Shown: positions 49,965 through 59,455 of the stretch, piece by piece | How positions within the stretch are numbered: position 1 is the stretch's first letter | Layout: the number at the start of each line of letters is the position of its first letter | Origin: a bacterium | Lineage (GTDB): Bacteria > UBA8248 | Length of the DNA: 64,000 bases | Direction: 5' to 3' | Assembly (NCBI GenBank): GCA_965200245.1 | Contig: CBDATS010000004.1 | Coordinates: forward strand, 800,001 to 864,000 | Notes under the pieces: model-generated | Databases searched by the model: none | What the model was told of the DNA's origin: nothing | The model's input: the letters and a program-made list of their open reading frames with translations, nothing else | Position numbers and translations under genes: made by a program

Positions 49965-51071
49965 TCACAGGCCGATTTCGCACCGGACATCATGCGCTTC
50001 GAAGGTATCCGCGAGAGTCTCGACGCTCATATCGAGCAGCCCAGCGGCACGGCGAACGGAAACACAACCCCCCTCGATCGCAAGTCCGAGCACTTGCATG
50101 AAGGGTCTCGAGAACGGGACGGGCGGAGTGTCCCGGATGTCATCCTCCCCGCTCCTGCGAAGCGCCTTGTCCGGCAGGGAACGCGCTGCCGAGGATTTCA
50201 ACTTACCGAGCGCCGCCAGTCGCCATTTCAGGGCCGATGTCGTCACACGCAACTCGCTCGCCACAGCGTTCAGCCGTTCGATCAACTCATTCCGGGCGAG
50301 GTCTGACCAGTTTCCGAACCGCTTCAGGGTGGCGGTCGGCATGAGCACCGCTGAGGCGAAACTGTTGGCAAGCTGTTCGGCGCGGTCGCCTCCGCTTTCC
50401 ATCGCTTCTTCGGAATGTCTCGGCGGCATCGCATCCCAAGTGAGAATATGGAACAGTTCATGGGCGAGTTCGAAATGACGCCGTCCTTCGGCCTCACGAC
50501 GCGCGATTAACACTGCGTCGAGTTCGGGCAGGCGGCAGGCCGCGCCTGATATGCCACGCTCCATTTCCACCATGAGAACCAGGATGCCAAGTTCGCGTTC
50601 CATGACGTCCGCAAGGCGCACGGCGGGTACATCGCCGAGTTCGAATTCGGCGACAAAACGCTCACCTGCCGACATGGCGTCCTCGTAACTCGAACGGCGG
50701 GTGAGTCCGAGCGCCCGCCGCATCAGCGGTGTTTCATATTTGACCTGCGGCGCCAGCGTGCGAAATACAGCAATCCAGCGCCCGACGCTACGCTCACAGG
50801 CTTCGATCCGGGCGGCGTCGACGCCGCTCTGTCTCCAGGAGAAACGCCCTTCACCCGCGAGCAGGAACGGATCGGTGAAGTAACCCAGCGACGCGTCCAG
50901 CCTCTCGACCGCGAGCAGCAGTTCCTCCGCCTTCACGCGTCTCGCGCCCGTCTCAATGGCCGAAACTGTCTGCCGGTCCTTGAAACCGAATATCTTCGCC
51001 ACCTCTTCCTGCGAGAGCTTGCGTTCCTCGCGCAGCGCCCTCATCCGCCTGCCGATAAGACCTGTCGTCAC
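49965..51071 (-). CDS. XRE HTH + ImmA/IrrE (DUF955) metallopeptidase
   Basis: LREERKLSQEEVA...RQTVSAIETG HTH; RRHFELAHELFH (HExxH); GTG start. Confidence 0.92.
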   Translation of the reverse strand: MTTGLIGRRMRALREERKLSQEEVAKIFGFKDRQTVSAIETGARRVKAEELLLAVERLDASLGYFTDPFLLAGEGRFSWRQSGVDAARIEACERSVGRWIAVFRTLAPQVKYETPLMRRALGLTRRSSYEDAMSAGERFVAEFELGDVPAVRLADVMERELGILVLMVEMERGISGAACRLPELDAVLIARREAEGRRHFELAHELFHILTWDAMPPRHSEEAMESGGDRAEQLANSFASAVLMPTATLKRFGNWSDLARNELIERLNAVASELRVTTSALKWRLAALGKLKSSAARSLPDKALRRSGEDDIRDTPPVPFSRPFMQVLGLAIEGGCVSVRRAAGLLDMSVETLADTFEAHDVRCEIGL

Positions 51072-51475
51072 CGGAACCCCCCTTCGCGAATAATCTTGTA
51101 TATTCAAGAGTACAATATATTCTGGCGATTTCATTATTGCATGCAAGTACGACTTGTGATCTGCCGTTCCCCGTTTCATCCGTGCTCGTGCCTGGGGGAC
51201 AAGCACGGACAAGAGTCGTTCCACAGCGTACTTCCTGCATCTCAATCCCGGGCTGCTGCTTCGTATATTCTTGGGACGGACTTGGCTGCTGCTCTGTTGA
51301 TCGTGCCACTGCTTCTGACAGCGGCCTGGTATTTCGGGCATCATATCGAAGAGTTACAAAAACAGGTGGGAATGGGCTAAACCGGATTTATCCTCCTGCC
51401 GGAGAACCGCGGCCACCTGGTTGACAGGGAAATTTCTGTGTCGAAAGTGGAGACCGAAAAAATGCGCGCCCCGCC

Positions 51476-52432
51476 TCATTGCGAAGCGCCGGTGAGCGAG
51501 GAGACGCCTGAACCGAAGACGGAATTCGAATCGACCGCGTGCGCGCCACGCGTGTCGATTCTGAGTACGTGCATCCGGCAACCGATGCCGTTTGACTGAT
51601 AGACCTTGCGCATCGCATTGCCGACCTTGCCGGGGCTGTTCCGGCATATCGCCAGAATGCAGGGCCCTGCACCGCTGATGCATGCCCCCAGCGCGCCGGC
51701 TTCGTAGACCGCTTTGAACACCTCCTCCAGCGGGCCCATCAACTCCGCGCGATAGGGCTGGTGCAACCTGTCCTGCATGGCTTCACGGAACAACTCGTCC
51801 TGCCCGGTGGCGAAAGCCGCCATAAGCGCACCTACCCGCTGAACGTTGAATATCGCATCGGCCATGGAAATCTGCTTGGGCAGTTTCTGCCTCGCCGCGT
51901 GAGTGCTCACCTCGAAATCGGGGATCCCGATTACCCAGCGATAATCCCCCACCACGGGCATTCGAGTGTAGATGGTCCTCCCGTCAACAGTAGTCGCCGA
52001 GATGCAGAATCCCCCAATCAGCGCGGGCACGACATTGTCGGGGTGTCCTTCCATTTCCACGGCGATTTGAACGAGTTCGTCCATCCCCAGTGGACTACCG
52101 AGCAGGATATTCGCCCCTACGATACCGCCCACGATGGCGGCTGAACTGCTCCCCAGCCCTCGCGCAAGCGGTATGTGGTTGCGCTGTTTCATCCACAAGC
52201 CGCTGAAGGGTCTGCCTACATGATCGAACACGCGCTTCACAGCCTGTACGCAGACGTTCGATTTATCCTTGGGGATGACGTCGTGACCCTCTCCTTCGAC
52301 TTCGAGCGCCACACCCCAAGGAAGGCTGTCAAGTTCAATGCGATTATAAATTCGTAACGCTACGCCCAGAGCGTCGAAACCCGGACCGAGATTCGTCGTA
52401 CTCGCCGGGACCTGCACACACACCAAAGCCAA
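51476..52432 (-). CDS. thrB: Homoserine kinase
   Basis: PASTTNLGPGFD, IPLARGLGSS, EGHPDNV, ISGAGP. Confidence 0.95.
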   Translation of the reverse strand: MALVCVQVPASTTNLGPGFDALGVALRIYNRIELDSLPWGVALEVEGEGHDVIPKDKSNVCVQAVKRVFDHVGRPFSGLWMKQRNHIPLARGLGSSSAAIVGGIVGANILLGSPLGMDELVQIAVEMEGHPDNVVPALIGGFCISATTVDGRTIYTRMPVVGDYRWVIGIPDFEVSTHAARQKLPKQISMADAIFNVQRVGALMAAFATGQDELFREAMQDRLHQPYRAELMGPLEEVFKAVYEAGALGACISGAGPCILAICRNSPGKVGNAMRKVYQSNGIGCRMHVLRIDTRGAHAVDSNSVFGSGVSSLTGASQ

Positions 52433-52451
52433 GGCGAACTCCTAAAACGTG

Positions 52452-53033
52452 TTAAGCCGAATGAATTCCTGAAGAGAGGGTGAAGGCACACCCGGCCTCG
52501 CGCATCTCCTCTATGGCCTTATCGCCGTCTCCGGGTTCGACATTCACCGCACGGACAGCATCTTCCACCACTATGACCTCGAACCCATCGCGCCTCGCGT
52601 CCAGAGCCGTGGCCTTCACGCAATAGTCCGTCGCCAGACCACAAACGAAAAGGCGCTCGATTCCCCTTGCCCGAAAATCTTCTGCCAGCGAAGTCCCGTC
52701 AAACCCGGAATAAGCCTCGGCTGCGGGGGTCGTGGCCTTCGATACCACCATCTCCACAGCGCCTGCGTTCATGCGTGGATGAAAGGCCGCACCCGGAGTA
52801 TCGGCCACGCAGTGAACGGGCCAGATGCCACCCTGCGGCTGAAACGAGGCGTGGTTGGCGGGATGCCAGTCACGCGTCGCCACCTTCGTCCAGCCAGAAA
52901 TCTCCAAAAGCCTGTTGACCGTTTCGACGATCGCGTCTCCCTCTGCGACGGCAAGCACTCCACCCGGACAAAAATCCACTTGCAAGTCGACGACGATGAG
53001 ACCGTCTTTCACACTAAGTGAGTATTCAGTCAC
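52452..53033 (-). CDS. pncA: Nicotinamidase/pyrazinamidase
   Basis: VDLQVDFCPGG, DWHP, WPVHC, GLATDYCV. Confidence 0.93.
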   Translation of the reverse strand: MTEYSLSVKDGLIVVDLQVDFCPGGVLAVAEGDAIVETVNRLLEISGWTKVATRDWHPANHASFQPQGGIWPVHCVADTPGAAFHPRMNAGAVEMVVSKATTPAAEAYSGFDGTSLAEDFRARGIERLFVCGLATDYCVKATALDARRDGFEVIVVEDAVRAVNVEPGDGDKAIEEMREAGCAFTLSSGIHSA

Positions 53034-53034
53034 C

Positions 53035-53835
53035 CTATCTCTCTTCTCCCAGCTTGAGGCGCCATTTCTTCCAGCCCGGGCCCCTGCGTACGGAAATCTC
53101 TATCTCCAGTGGGTTCTCAAGAAAGACCTTCTCGAAAAAATCCACCGTCTCGACTTTCTTTCCCCTCGCTTCGAAAACCACGTCTCCCCGCCGAAGGCCC
53201 GCGATCGCCGCCGGAGCACCTTTCTTTACTTCGGACACCAGAAGCCCGCTCGCTTGCTCACCCCCGAAAAAGCGCGCCAGCGAGGGCGTGAGTTTCTGGA
53301 GCACAAGGCCCAGTCTTTCGGGGTGAGTGTATCCCCGCGGCGCATGAAAACCGTGCTCCATGACGCTATGTTTCACGTATATCGGAGATTTCATCCGCAA
53401 CGCCAGCGCGATGGCGTCCGAGGGGCGACTGTCGAGGGAAAAGCGCCTGTCCCCTTCCTCCAGGTCAATCAAGGCGAAATACGTGCCGTTTCTGACATCC
53501 GTGATGACCACCCGGAGAACATTCACACCGAGGGTCTTGAGCATGTTGCGCATCAGGTCGTGCGCCATCGGTCGATGTGACTCGGCTTCTTCAAGCTCCA
53601 GGAGAATCGCCCGCGCCTCCGCCGGGCCGATCCAGATGGGCAGCAGCTTGCCGCTCTTTTTCTCCTCCAGCAACAGAACGGGATTGTCGTTTTGCCGCTC
53701 GACAAGTATGTCCTCCACCTCGACACGGCGAAGCTCTGCAGGCGCCGCGTACACGACCGAAAAGCACATTTGCACGCCCAGGAAAGCAGCGACGAAAAAA
53801 CATCCGCATGATCTTTCAAACCACTTGAACCGCAT
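53035..53835 (-). CDS. Bifunctional nuclease (DUF151) with N-terminal signal-like segment and C-terminal PDZ domain
   Basis: LPIWIGPAEA, RPMAHDL, DSRPSDAIALA; PDZ LGLVLQ...GLLVSEV..PAAIAGLRRGDV. Confidence 0.85.
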   Translation of the reverse strand: MRFKWFERSCGCFFVAAFLGVQMCFSVVYAAPAELRRVEVEDILVERQNDNPVLLLEEKKSGKLLPIWIGPAEARAILLELEEAESHRPMAHDLMRNMLKTLGVNVLRVVITDVRNGTYFALIDLEEGDRRFSLDSRPSDAIALALRMKSPIYVKHSVMEHGFHAPRGYTHPERLGLVLQKLTPSLARFFGGEQASGLLVSEVKKGAPAAIAGLRRGDVVFEARGKKVETVDFFEKVFLENPLEIEISVRRGPGWKKWRLKLGEER

Positions 53836-53887
53836 GAATTCGATTCCTGATCGTTTTGCCTGCACCCGTGAAGTCGGCGGGCTCCCT

Positions 53888-54334
53888 TCAGCGCCTGGAC
53901 TCTGTCGAAACCCGGAATACACACTCGGGAATCGATATATCCACCCGTTGCTGACCCGGCTTTTCCTCCACCTTGGTCTCGTAGATATCGTCGCAATCCA
54001 GGTCGAGCAGCGTGATATCGTATGGATATTTGTTGTCCACGTCGATATTGATCGCGAAAATCCGGTTGTTGATGGTGAGCGTTTCAAACTGGAACTTCCA
54101 TTCATCGAGATATTGCTTGATCAGGGTTTCCTCTCCGGGAATACGCCTGCTCAGATCCCGCCGGACCCATCCAAGAAAGCGCGACCGACTCAAATCCGGT
54201 GTATCAAAACCCTCAGGTCTTTTTTCGACAGGACCATCTCCCGCATTTGCCGGTGCGGCGAATACGTTCCCCGAGCCCAGGAACCACATCGCCAGGAACA
54301 CAAGAACACAGATGCGTCCGGTACGCATTATCAT
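53888..54334 (-). CDS. Hypothetical exported protein
   Basis: AGGAG RBS; signal peptide ending VFA; DLDCDDIYET motif and a second Cys in IPEC. Confidence 0.7.
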   Translation of the reverse strand: MIMRTGRICVLVFLAMWFLGSGNVFAAPANAGDGPVEKRPEGFDTPDLSRSRFLGWVRRDLSRRIPGEETLIKQYLDEWKFQFETLTINNRIFAINIDVDNKYPYDITLLDLDCDDIYETKVEEKPGQQRVDISIPECVFRVSTESRR

Positions 54335-54482
54335 AAAAAACATCTCCTGCATCGGCGTCAAAACCGGCGAATGGGCGTGTTCGCAATACACACAGCCCAT
54401 GCAGACTAGCACTCGCCGCTCACTGCCTCAACAGATGGGTTCGTCCAGGGATAAGCGCAAAATGCGATCCGTTCGGTGTGCT

Positions 54483-54510
54483 TTGACATTTCGGCAAAGC
54501 GGATTATTCT
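54483..54510 (+). promoter_or_regulatory. Candidate sigma70 promoter
   Basis: TTGACA, 16-bp spacer, TATTCT, upstream of the cupin-PrpD-ligase genes. Confidence 0.5.
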
Positions 54511-54604
54511 TCGCATATCAACGAATATTCATCCCGACAACTGCAGTGTGTGGATCGTATGCCCGGAAAGCAACCATCACCGAAACTCCCGAGGAGAATT
54601 TCAC

Positions 54605-54958
54605 ATGACGACGAGAGAAAGAAAAGCCCGGCTCATCCGACCCGAGGAACGCGATTCAGAAGGCATGGAGGGCGGTGCGAGCCACAGGGCCATCGTATCG
54701 AAAGAGGGGGAGGGAACCGACCTCACCGTCTACTACTCGCTGATTCAACCGGGACAGACGCACGACTGGCACCATCATGAGGAAGATGAGGTCATATTCT
54801 GCGTGAGTGGCACGGGAAGGTACGATCTGGAAGACGGCGAGATCAGCTACGGTCCCGGACAGTTCATCTTCATGCCCAAGGGCACGCGCCACTGCAACAA
54901 CTGCGTGGGCGAGGAAAATGTGCGGCTGGTGGCCATCTTCCAGCCCGGCCGCGAATAA
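54605..54958 (+). CDS. Cupin domain protein
   Basis: HDWHHHEEDE...PKGTRH; GAGGAG RBS. Confidence 0.88.
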   Translation: MTTRERKARLIRPEERDSEGMEGGASHRAIVSKEGEGTDLTVYYSLIQPGQTHDWHHHEEDEVIFCVSGTGRYDLEDGEISYGPGQFIFMPKGTRHCNNCVGEENVRLVAIFQPGRE

Positions 54959-55007
54959 AGGCGACTCCTCTTCCCGCTAGGGAAACCAGAACCTGCCGGA
55001 GACGAAA

Positions 55008-56405
55008 ATGGATCCCATGCGGAAAATTATCGCTCATTACACGAATCTGAGGTTCGAGGATCTGCCCGAAGAAGCAGTCTGCGCCACCAGAGATCTGATC
55101 ATCGACGCACTCGCCTGCGCCCTGGCCGGCTCTGCGGCTCCCTTGAACCCCGAGATTATCGAGCACCACATCCGCTGGGGCGGCGCGCCCGAAGCCATGG
55201 TACTCGTCTTCGGAGCCCGTCTGCCCGCGCCAACGGCGGCCTGGCTGAACGCCGCGATGATTCACTCGAACGATTTCGACGACACGGAAGACATCACCCA
55301 GAATCACGTGTTCGTCACCATTCTTCCCGCCTTTCTCGCCGCGGGGGAGAGCCTCGGGCGCGCGATGCCGGGCCGTGAGATCATCACCGTTCTGGCGGGC
55401 GCTGCGGACGTGACTCTAAGGCTGAACAATGTCGTGCACTCAAGCATTCATCCGGGCTGGCTACCCACTACGGTGTTTGGTGCCGTCTCCGCTTCCATGG
55501 CCGCCGCGCGGGCGCTGCGGCTTGATGAGGAGAGTGTCGCCAACGCAGCGGGGTTCGGCTATGCGCAATCGCACGGCAACCGCCAGGCGCTTCTCGACGG
55601 CACGGTCGCCAAGCGGCTTCAGCCAGCCTTCAGCGCGCGGGCGGGAGTGCATTCCGCCGTATTGGCGCAAATAGGCGCAACGGGTCCCAGGCGCATCGTC
55701 GAGGGGGCGGACGGCGTTATCGAACTCTTCGGCGGCGGCGTGGGCGAGCCGGAAGAGCTCTCAAGGGAATTGGGTGAAACCTTTCATGTCACCCGAATCG
55801 GCATGAAACCCTATCCAAGCTGCCGGGTGTCCCACCCAAATATCAGCGCGGCTTTGGAGGCGCGCGATCAACTCGGGATTTTCCATGCGCAAGACATCGA
55901 AGAAGTCGAGGTATGGACCACGCCCATCGGCCATTCGATGATTGGGCAGCCGTTTCAAATCAGGGAAAATCCCAACGTGGACGCGCAGTTCAGCGCGCAG
56001 TGGACGACAGCGTTCTCCCTCTTGAGAGGTGTGCCGCGCATCGCGCACTTCGATCCGGCCGCAATTGTATCGGGAGCGGAGGTAATCGAACTCGCAAAGA
56101 AAACCCGGGTCCACATCTGGGAAGAAGGAAGCCTGCTGCTCGTGCCCGTGCGCATCCGCGTCAGGCTCAAGGACGGCAGAGAAGCTGACGTCACGCACGA
56201 TAAGATAAAAGGCTCTCCCGATTGGACCATGACCCATAAAGAGCGAAAAGAGAAATTCTTCTCATGTGCCGAGGCCGCCGCCTTGCGACTCGACCCTGAA
56301 ACCCTGGAGCGCGCCTTCGATGAACTCTCCTCGCTTGAGGACTGCGCGGACTTCCGGTCTATCCTTACCCGGCTCGTCGCCTTGAAAAACCGGGTAGGCG
56401 CGTAG
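55008..56405 (+). CDS. MmgE/PrpD family protein
   Basis: HSNDFDDT, KPYPSCRVSH, AQFS, KGSP. Confidence 0.9.
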   Translation: MDPMRKIIAHYTNLRFEDLPEEAVCATRDLIIDALACALAGSAAPLNPEIIEHHIRWGGAPEAMVLVFGARLPAPTAAWLNAAMIHSNDFDDTEDITQNHVFVTILPAFLAAGESLGRAMPGREIITVLAGAADVTLRLNNVVHSSIHPGWLPTTVFGAVSASMAAARALRLDEESVANAAGFGYAQSHGNRQALLDGTVAKRLQPAFSARAGVHSAVLAQIGATGPRRIVEGADGVIELFGGGVGEPEELSRELGETFHVTRIGMKPYPSCRVSHPNISAALEARDQLGIFHAQDIEEVEVWTTPIGHSMIGQPFQIRENPNVDAQFSAQWTTAFSLLRGVPRIAHFDPAAIVSGAEVIELAKKTRVHIWEEGSLLLVPVRIRVRLKDGREADVTHDKIKGSPDWTMTHKERKEKFFSCAEAAALRLDPETLERAFDELSSLEDCADFRSILTRLVALKNRVGA

Positions 56406-56440
56406 CATTTCGGCCCGGGCGATTCTATAATTTTGGCCCC

Positions 56441-58024
56441 ATGAACAAAAACGACACGTCAGCCATACGTCCGGGTGAGAATATTGCCTGGGCGGCGAAG
56501 CGATACGGCCCGCGAGAGGCCGTAGTGGACGGAAAACACCGCCTGCGCTTTCTTGACGTATACGACCGCAGCAAGCGGGTTGCGAACGCGCTCATCGCCA
56601 CTGGCCTCGAACCCGGCGACCGTGCCGCCAAACTCATGCGAAACCGCTTCGAGATCATCGAGATCAATTTTGGCGTCGCTATGGCAGGCGGCGCATCATT
56701 GAATCTCCACGGGCGAAACGTTCTGAAAGAACACGTCCACATACTGAACGATTCCGAACCATCGTTTCTTTTCCTGGACGAGCATCACAGGGAATACGCC
56801 GAGGGCATCCGGAACGAATGTCCACACCTGCGCGCCATCATCGGCGTGGGATGGGAAGACTCGGGCACAGTCTCATACGAGGAATGGCTGCAAAAAAGCT
56901 CTGCCCGTGAACCCGGCATAGTCCTCAGACCGGATTCCCTGTTTCACCTTCACTACACCTCGGGCACGACGGGAGAACCCAAGGCGGTCGTCAATACCCA
57001 CCGCACTCACACCGCGTGGCTGGCGAAGTTTTTCAGGAACCTCGATTACCGCTTCAATACACGCGACTCCATGCTCCATGCCGGCCCCATGACACATGCT
57101 TCCTTCAATTTCATCGAGCCCACGTTTCTCCGAGGGGCACGAAACGTCATCATGCCTGCATTCGAAGCGGAGCTTTTTCTCGAAACGGCAGAAAAAGAGA
57201 GAGTCACGACCACCTACCTCGTCTCCACGATGGTGCAGCGACTCATCGAATGCGGAAGGCTCCCGAAAGCGGACCTCTCGAGCCTGCACACGATCACCTA
57301 TGGAGCCGCTCCGATATCGGAGGAAAACCTGAGGATCGCCATCGAGCACATCGGCCCCATCTTCCGGCAAACCTATGGGCTCACTGAAGCACGCCAGCCC
57401 ATCGCGATCCTGGACCCATGGGATCACGCCGTGAACGGAACGCCCGAGGAACGAAAGCGCCTCGCCTCGTGCGGAAGGGTCGCGGCGAACGTGGAACTCG
57501 AACTCATGGGCGACGACGGCCGCCCCGTCGCAACAGGCGAGATGGGTGAGATCTGCATCCGGGGGGACTATACCATGGCAAGCTACTGGAGAAACCCCGA
57601 AGCCACGGCGGAGATCATGCGAAACGGCTGGGTGCACACCGGAGACCTCGCCGTCTCGGACGATGCGGGGTATCTCTACATCGTCGACCGCAAGAAGGAG
57701 ATGATCATCACCGGAGGGTTCAACGTCTACGCATCCGAAGTCGAGCGCACCCTGTGCCGTCATCCCGCCGTACTGGAAGCCCTAGTGATTGGCGTACCAG
57801 ACGAGCGGTGGGGCGAGGCGGTCAAGGCCATGGTGGTGCTGCGACCCGGCGAGTCGCCCGAGGCTTCGGACATCATCGCATTTACGGAAAAGGAAATCGG
57901 GGGCTACAAGAAACCGAAACAAGTCGAGTTTCTGAGCGAAATTCCGAAGAACGCCCAGGGAAAAGTCTTAAGACGCGAGATTCGTGAAAAACACTGGGCC
58001 GGAAAAACGCGGCGGGTGAATTAG
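56441..58024 (+). CDS. Acyl-CoA synthetase (AMP-binding)
   Basis: YTSGTTGEPK, YGLTE, HTGDL, DRKKEMIITGG, PKNAQGK. Confidence 0.92.
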   Translation: MNKNDTSAIRPGENIAWAAKRYGPREAVVDGKHRLRFLDVYDRSKRVANALIATGLEPGDRAAKLMRNRFEIIEINFGVAMAGGASLNLHGRNVLKEHVHILNDSEPSFLFLDEHHREYAEGIRNECPHLRAIIGVGWEDSGTVSYEEWLQKSSAREPGIVLRPDSLFHLHYTSGTTGEPKAVVNTHRTHTAWLAKFFRNLDYRFNTRDSMLHAGPMTHASFNFIEPTFLRGARNVIMPAFEAELFLETAEKERVTTTYLVSTMVQRLIECGRLPKADLSSLHTITYGAAPISEENLRIAIEHIGPIFRQTYGLTEARQPIAILDPWDHAVNGTPEERKRLASCGRVAANVELELMGDDGRPVATGEMGEICIRGDYTMASYWRNPEATAEIMRNGWVHTGDLAVSDDAGYLYIVDRKKEMIITGGFNVYASEVERTLCRHPAVLEALVIGVPDERWGEAVKAMVVLRPGESPEASDIIAFTEKEIGGYKKPKQVEFLSEIPKNAQGKVLRREIREKHWAGKTRRVN

Positions 58025-58114
58025 AACCTGCACCCTTATCGTCGATTCGCTGGCACCATCTTTTCGAGAAAGAAGGTCCCAACGGCCCTGACGCAAGAGT
58101 CCGGACTCAAGGCC

Positions 58115-59340
58115 GTGAAATACCAGTAAGAAATGCCGCATCACCTACGTCACCCCGAACCGTCCCGAGAAGCTCAATCCACTGAACTCGATACGACGAT
58201 GGAACTTCTCCACTGCCGGGAGGGCGCGAACGACGACATGGAGGTGTGGGTGACGATTCTCTCCGGGAGGGAAAAATCTTTTTGCGTCGGGTGGGAGCAG
58301 AACTTGGTATATGCAACAATATATTCATGATTCAATAAAGGAGTAAATATTGATCGTATTTGAACCAATAAGAATAGCCGAACCCGCAAGCTTGGCCGTG
58401 AGCCTAGTAACTCCTGCCGTTATCGGATACGGCATCCATGCCATGATAAAGGCAAACAAGGAACGCGCAGTGACAAGCGACAGGATAAATTAAGCACTGG
58501 CCAATTCAAATGCTGCGTTGGCGAAGGCTATGGAAAGGATGGACAATCCGGATAATGTGCTCGCGAAGATACCTGAAAAGATTTAGATAAGCGTCAAATC
58601 CTGCCATAATCATCCTCGATCCTCTCGATATCATCCTCTTCAAGTATATCACCCGTTTGTACTTCCATTTTGACCAGGGGTTCATTTCCGGCACATGCAA
58701 TACGGTGCCATTCGATTCTTTTGATATCGGTAGCTGAACCGGGACGTATCGGTACGTCAAGGAATTTATGGTGCACGTATCATAGCCATCACCGCTGACA
58801 ACGAACCAGTGCTCCTTCCTGTGAAGAAGACGAAATCAAGGTGGACACCGTCCGCCCCAAGGGAGTTCTTGACCGAGGGCTGGCTCAAAAAGCCCACCAT
58901 CTGCACAGCGCAGGACTAAGCCATCGACGGAGGGATGATTCCGTTTCCGGGCGCGGATTCCCATCCGAAGACGCCAGGAACGGCATCATTCGCATCGGCG
59001 GGGCCATGCGTCTGCCGGCAGCGACTCCTGGGCTCGCCAGGCGGTACATGTTCCCGGGCGAACTGCTCAACACGGAGAAAGCCTACTGCCTAGGCTTCGT
59101 GGTGAAAATCACCAAGAACGGAGAACCCCTCTACACCACTAACTGCCAAGGCGAACCGGATTATCGAGTGCTCGCCCATGTCGGGGCAGCACGCCAAGGA
59201 TGAGACCGCCGTAGCCGCCAACGTATCGATGTACGAAGGCTATCGCCTCTGCATATCCATCATGAACCGCTTCTACCAGCCCGAAGATCATCGGGGAGAC
59301 AAGAACACGTTCATGAGATGTCGAAAACCCGCCCAGAAAA
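58115..59340 (+). pseudogene. Enoyl-CoA hydratase pseudogene interrupted by a ~0.55 kb insertion
   Basis: N-part RITYVTPNRPEKLNPLN and VWVTILSGREKSFCVG (58115-58295); C-part GGAMRLP...GELLNTEKAYCLG...SPMSGQHAK...EDH (58841-59340); several frameshifts. Confidence 0.7.
58594..58835 (-). pseudogene. Mannose-6-phosphate isomerase (type II, cupin) C-terminal fragment
   Basis: HRKEHWFVVSG, then after a frameshift HRI...EVQTGDILEEDDIERIEDDYGR. Confidence 0.75.
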
Positions 59341-59455
59341 ATGTTGAGCGAGAATTGTCGAGAAGAGGGAAAACCACATGCTCTCCCGTACGGGTTGCGG
59401 AACACCCCGGTATGAAGGATAAGCCTTATCGGCCATCCCGATCCGAGGAGCGCGC

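Noticed and set aside
49956-49967. TGA-TGC readthrough fusing ImmA to the PIN-like gene (UC motif)
   Set aside because: Same frame, but the TGA is at the natural C-terminus of the HTH-ImmA protein; a lost ATG is simpler.
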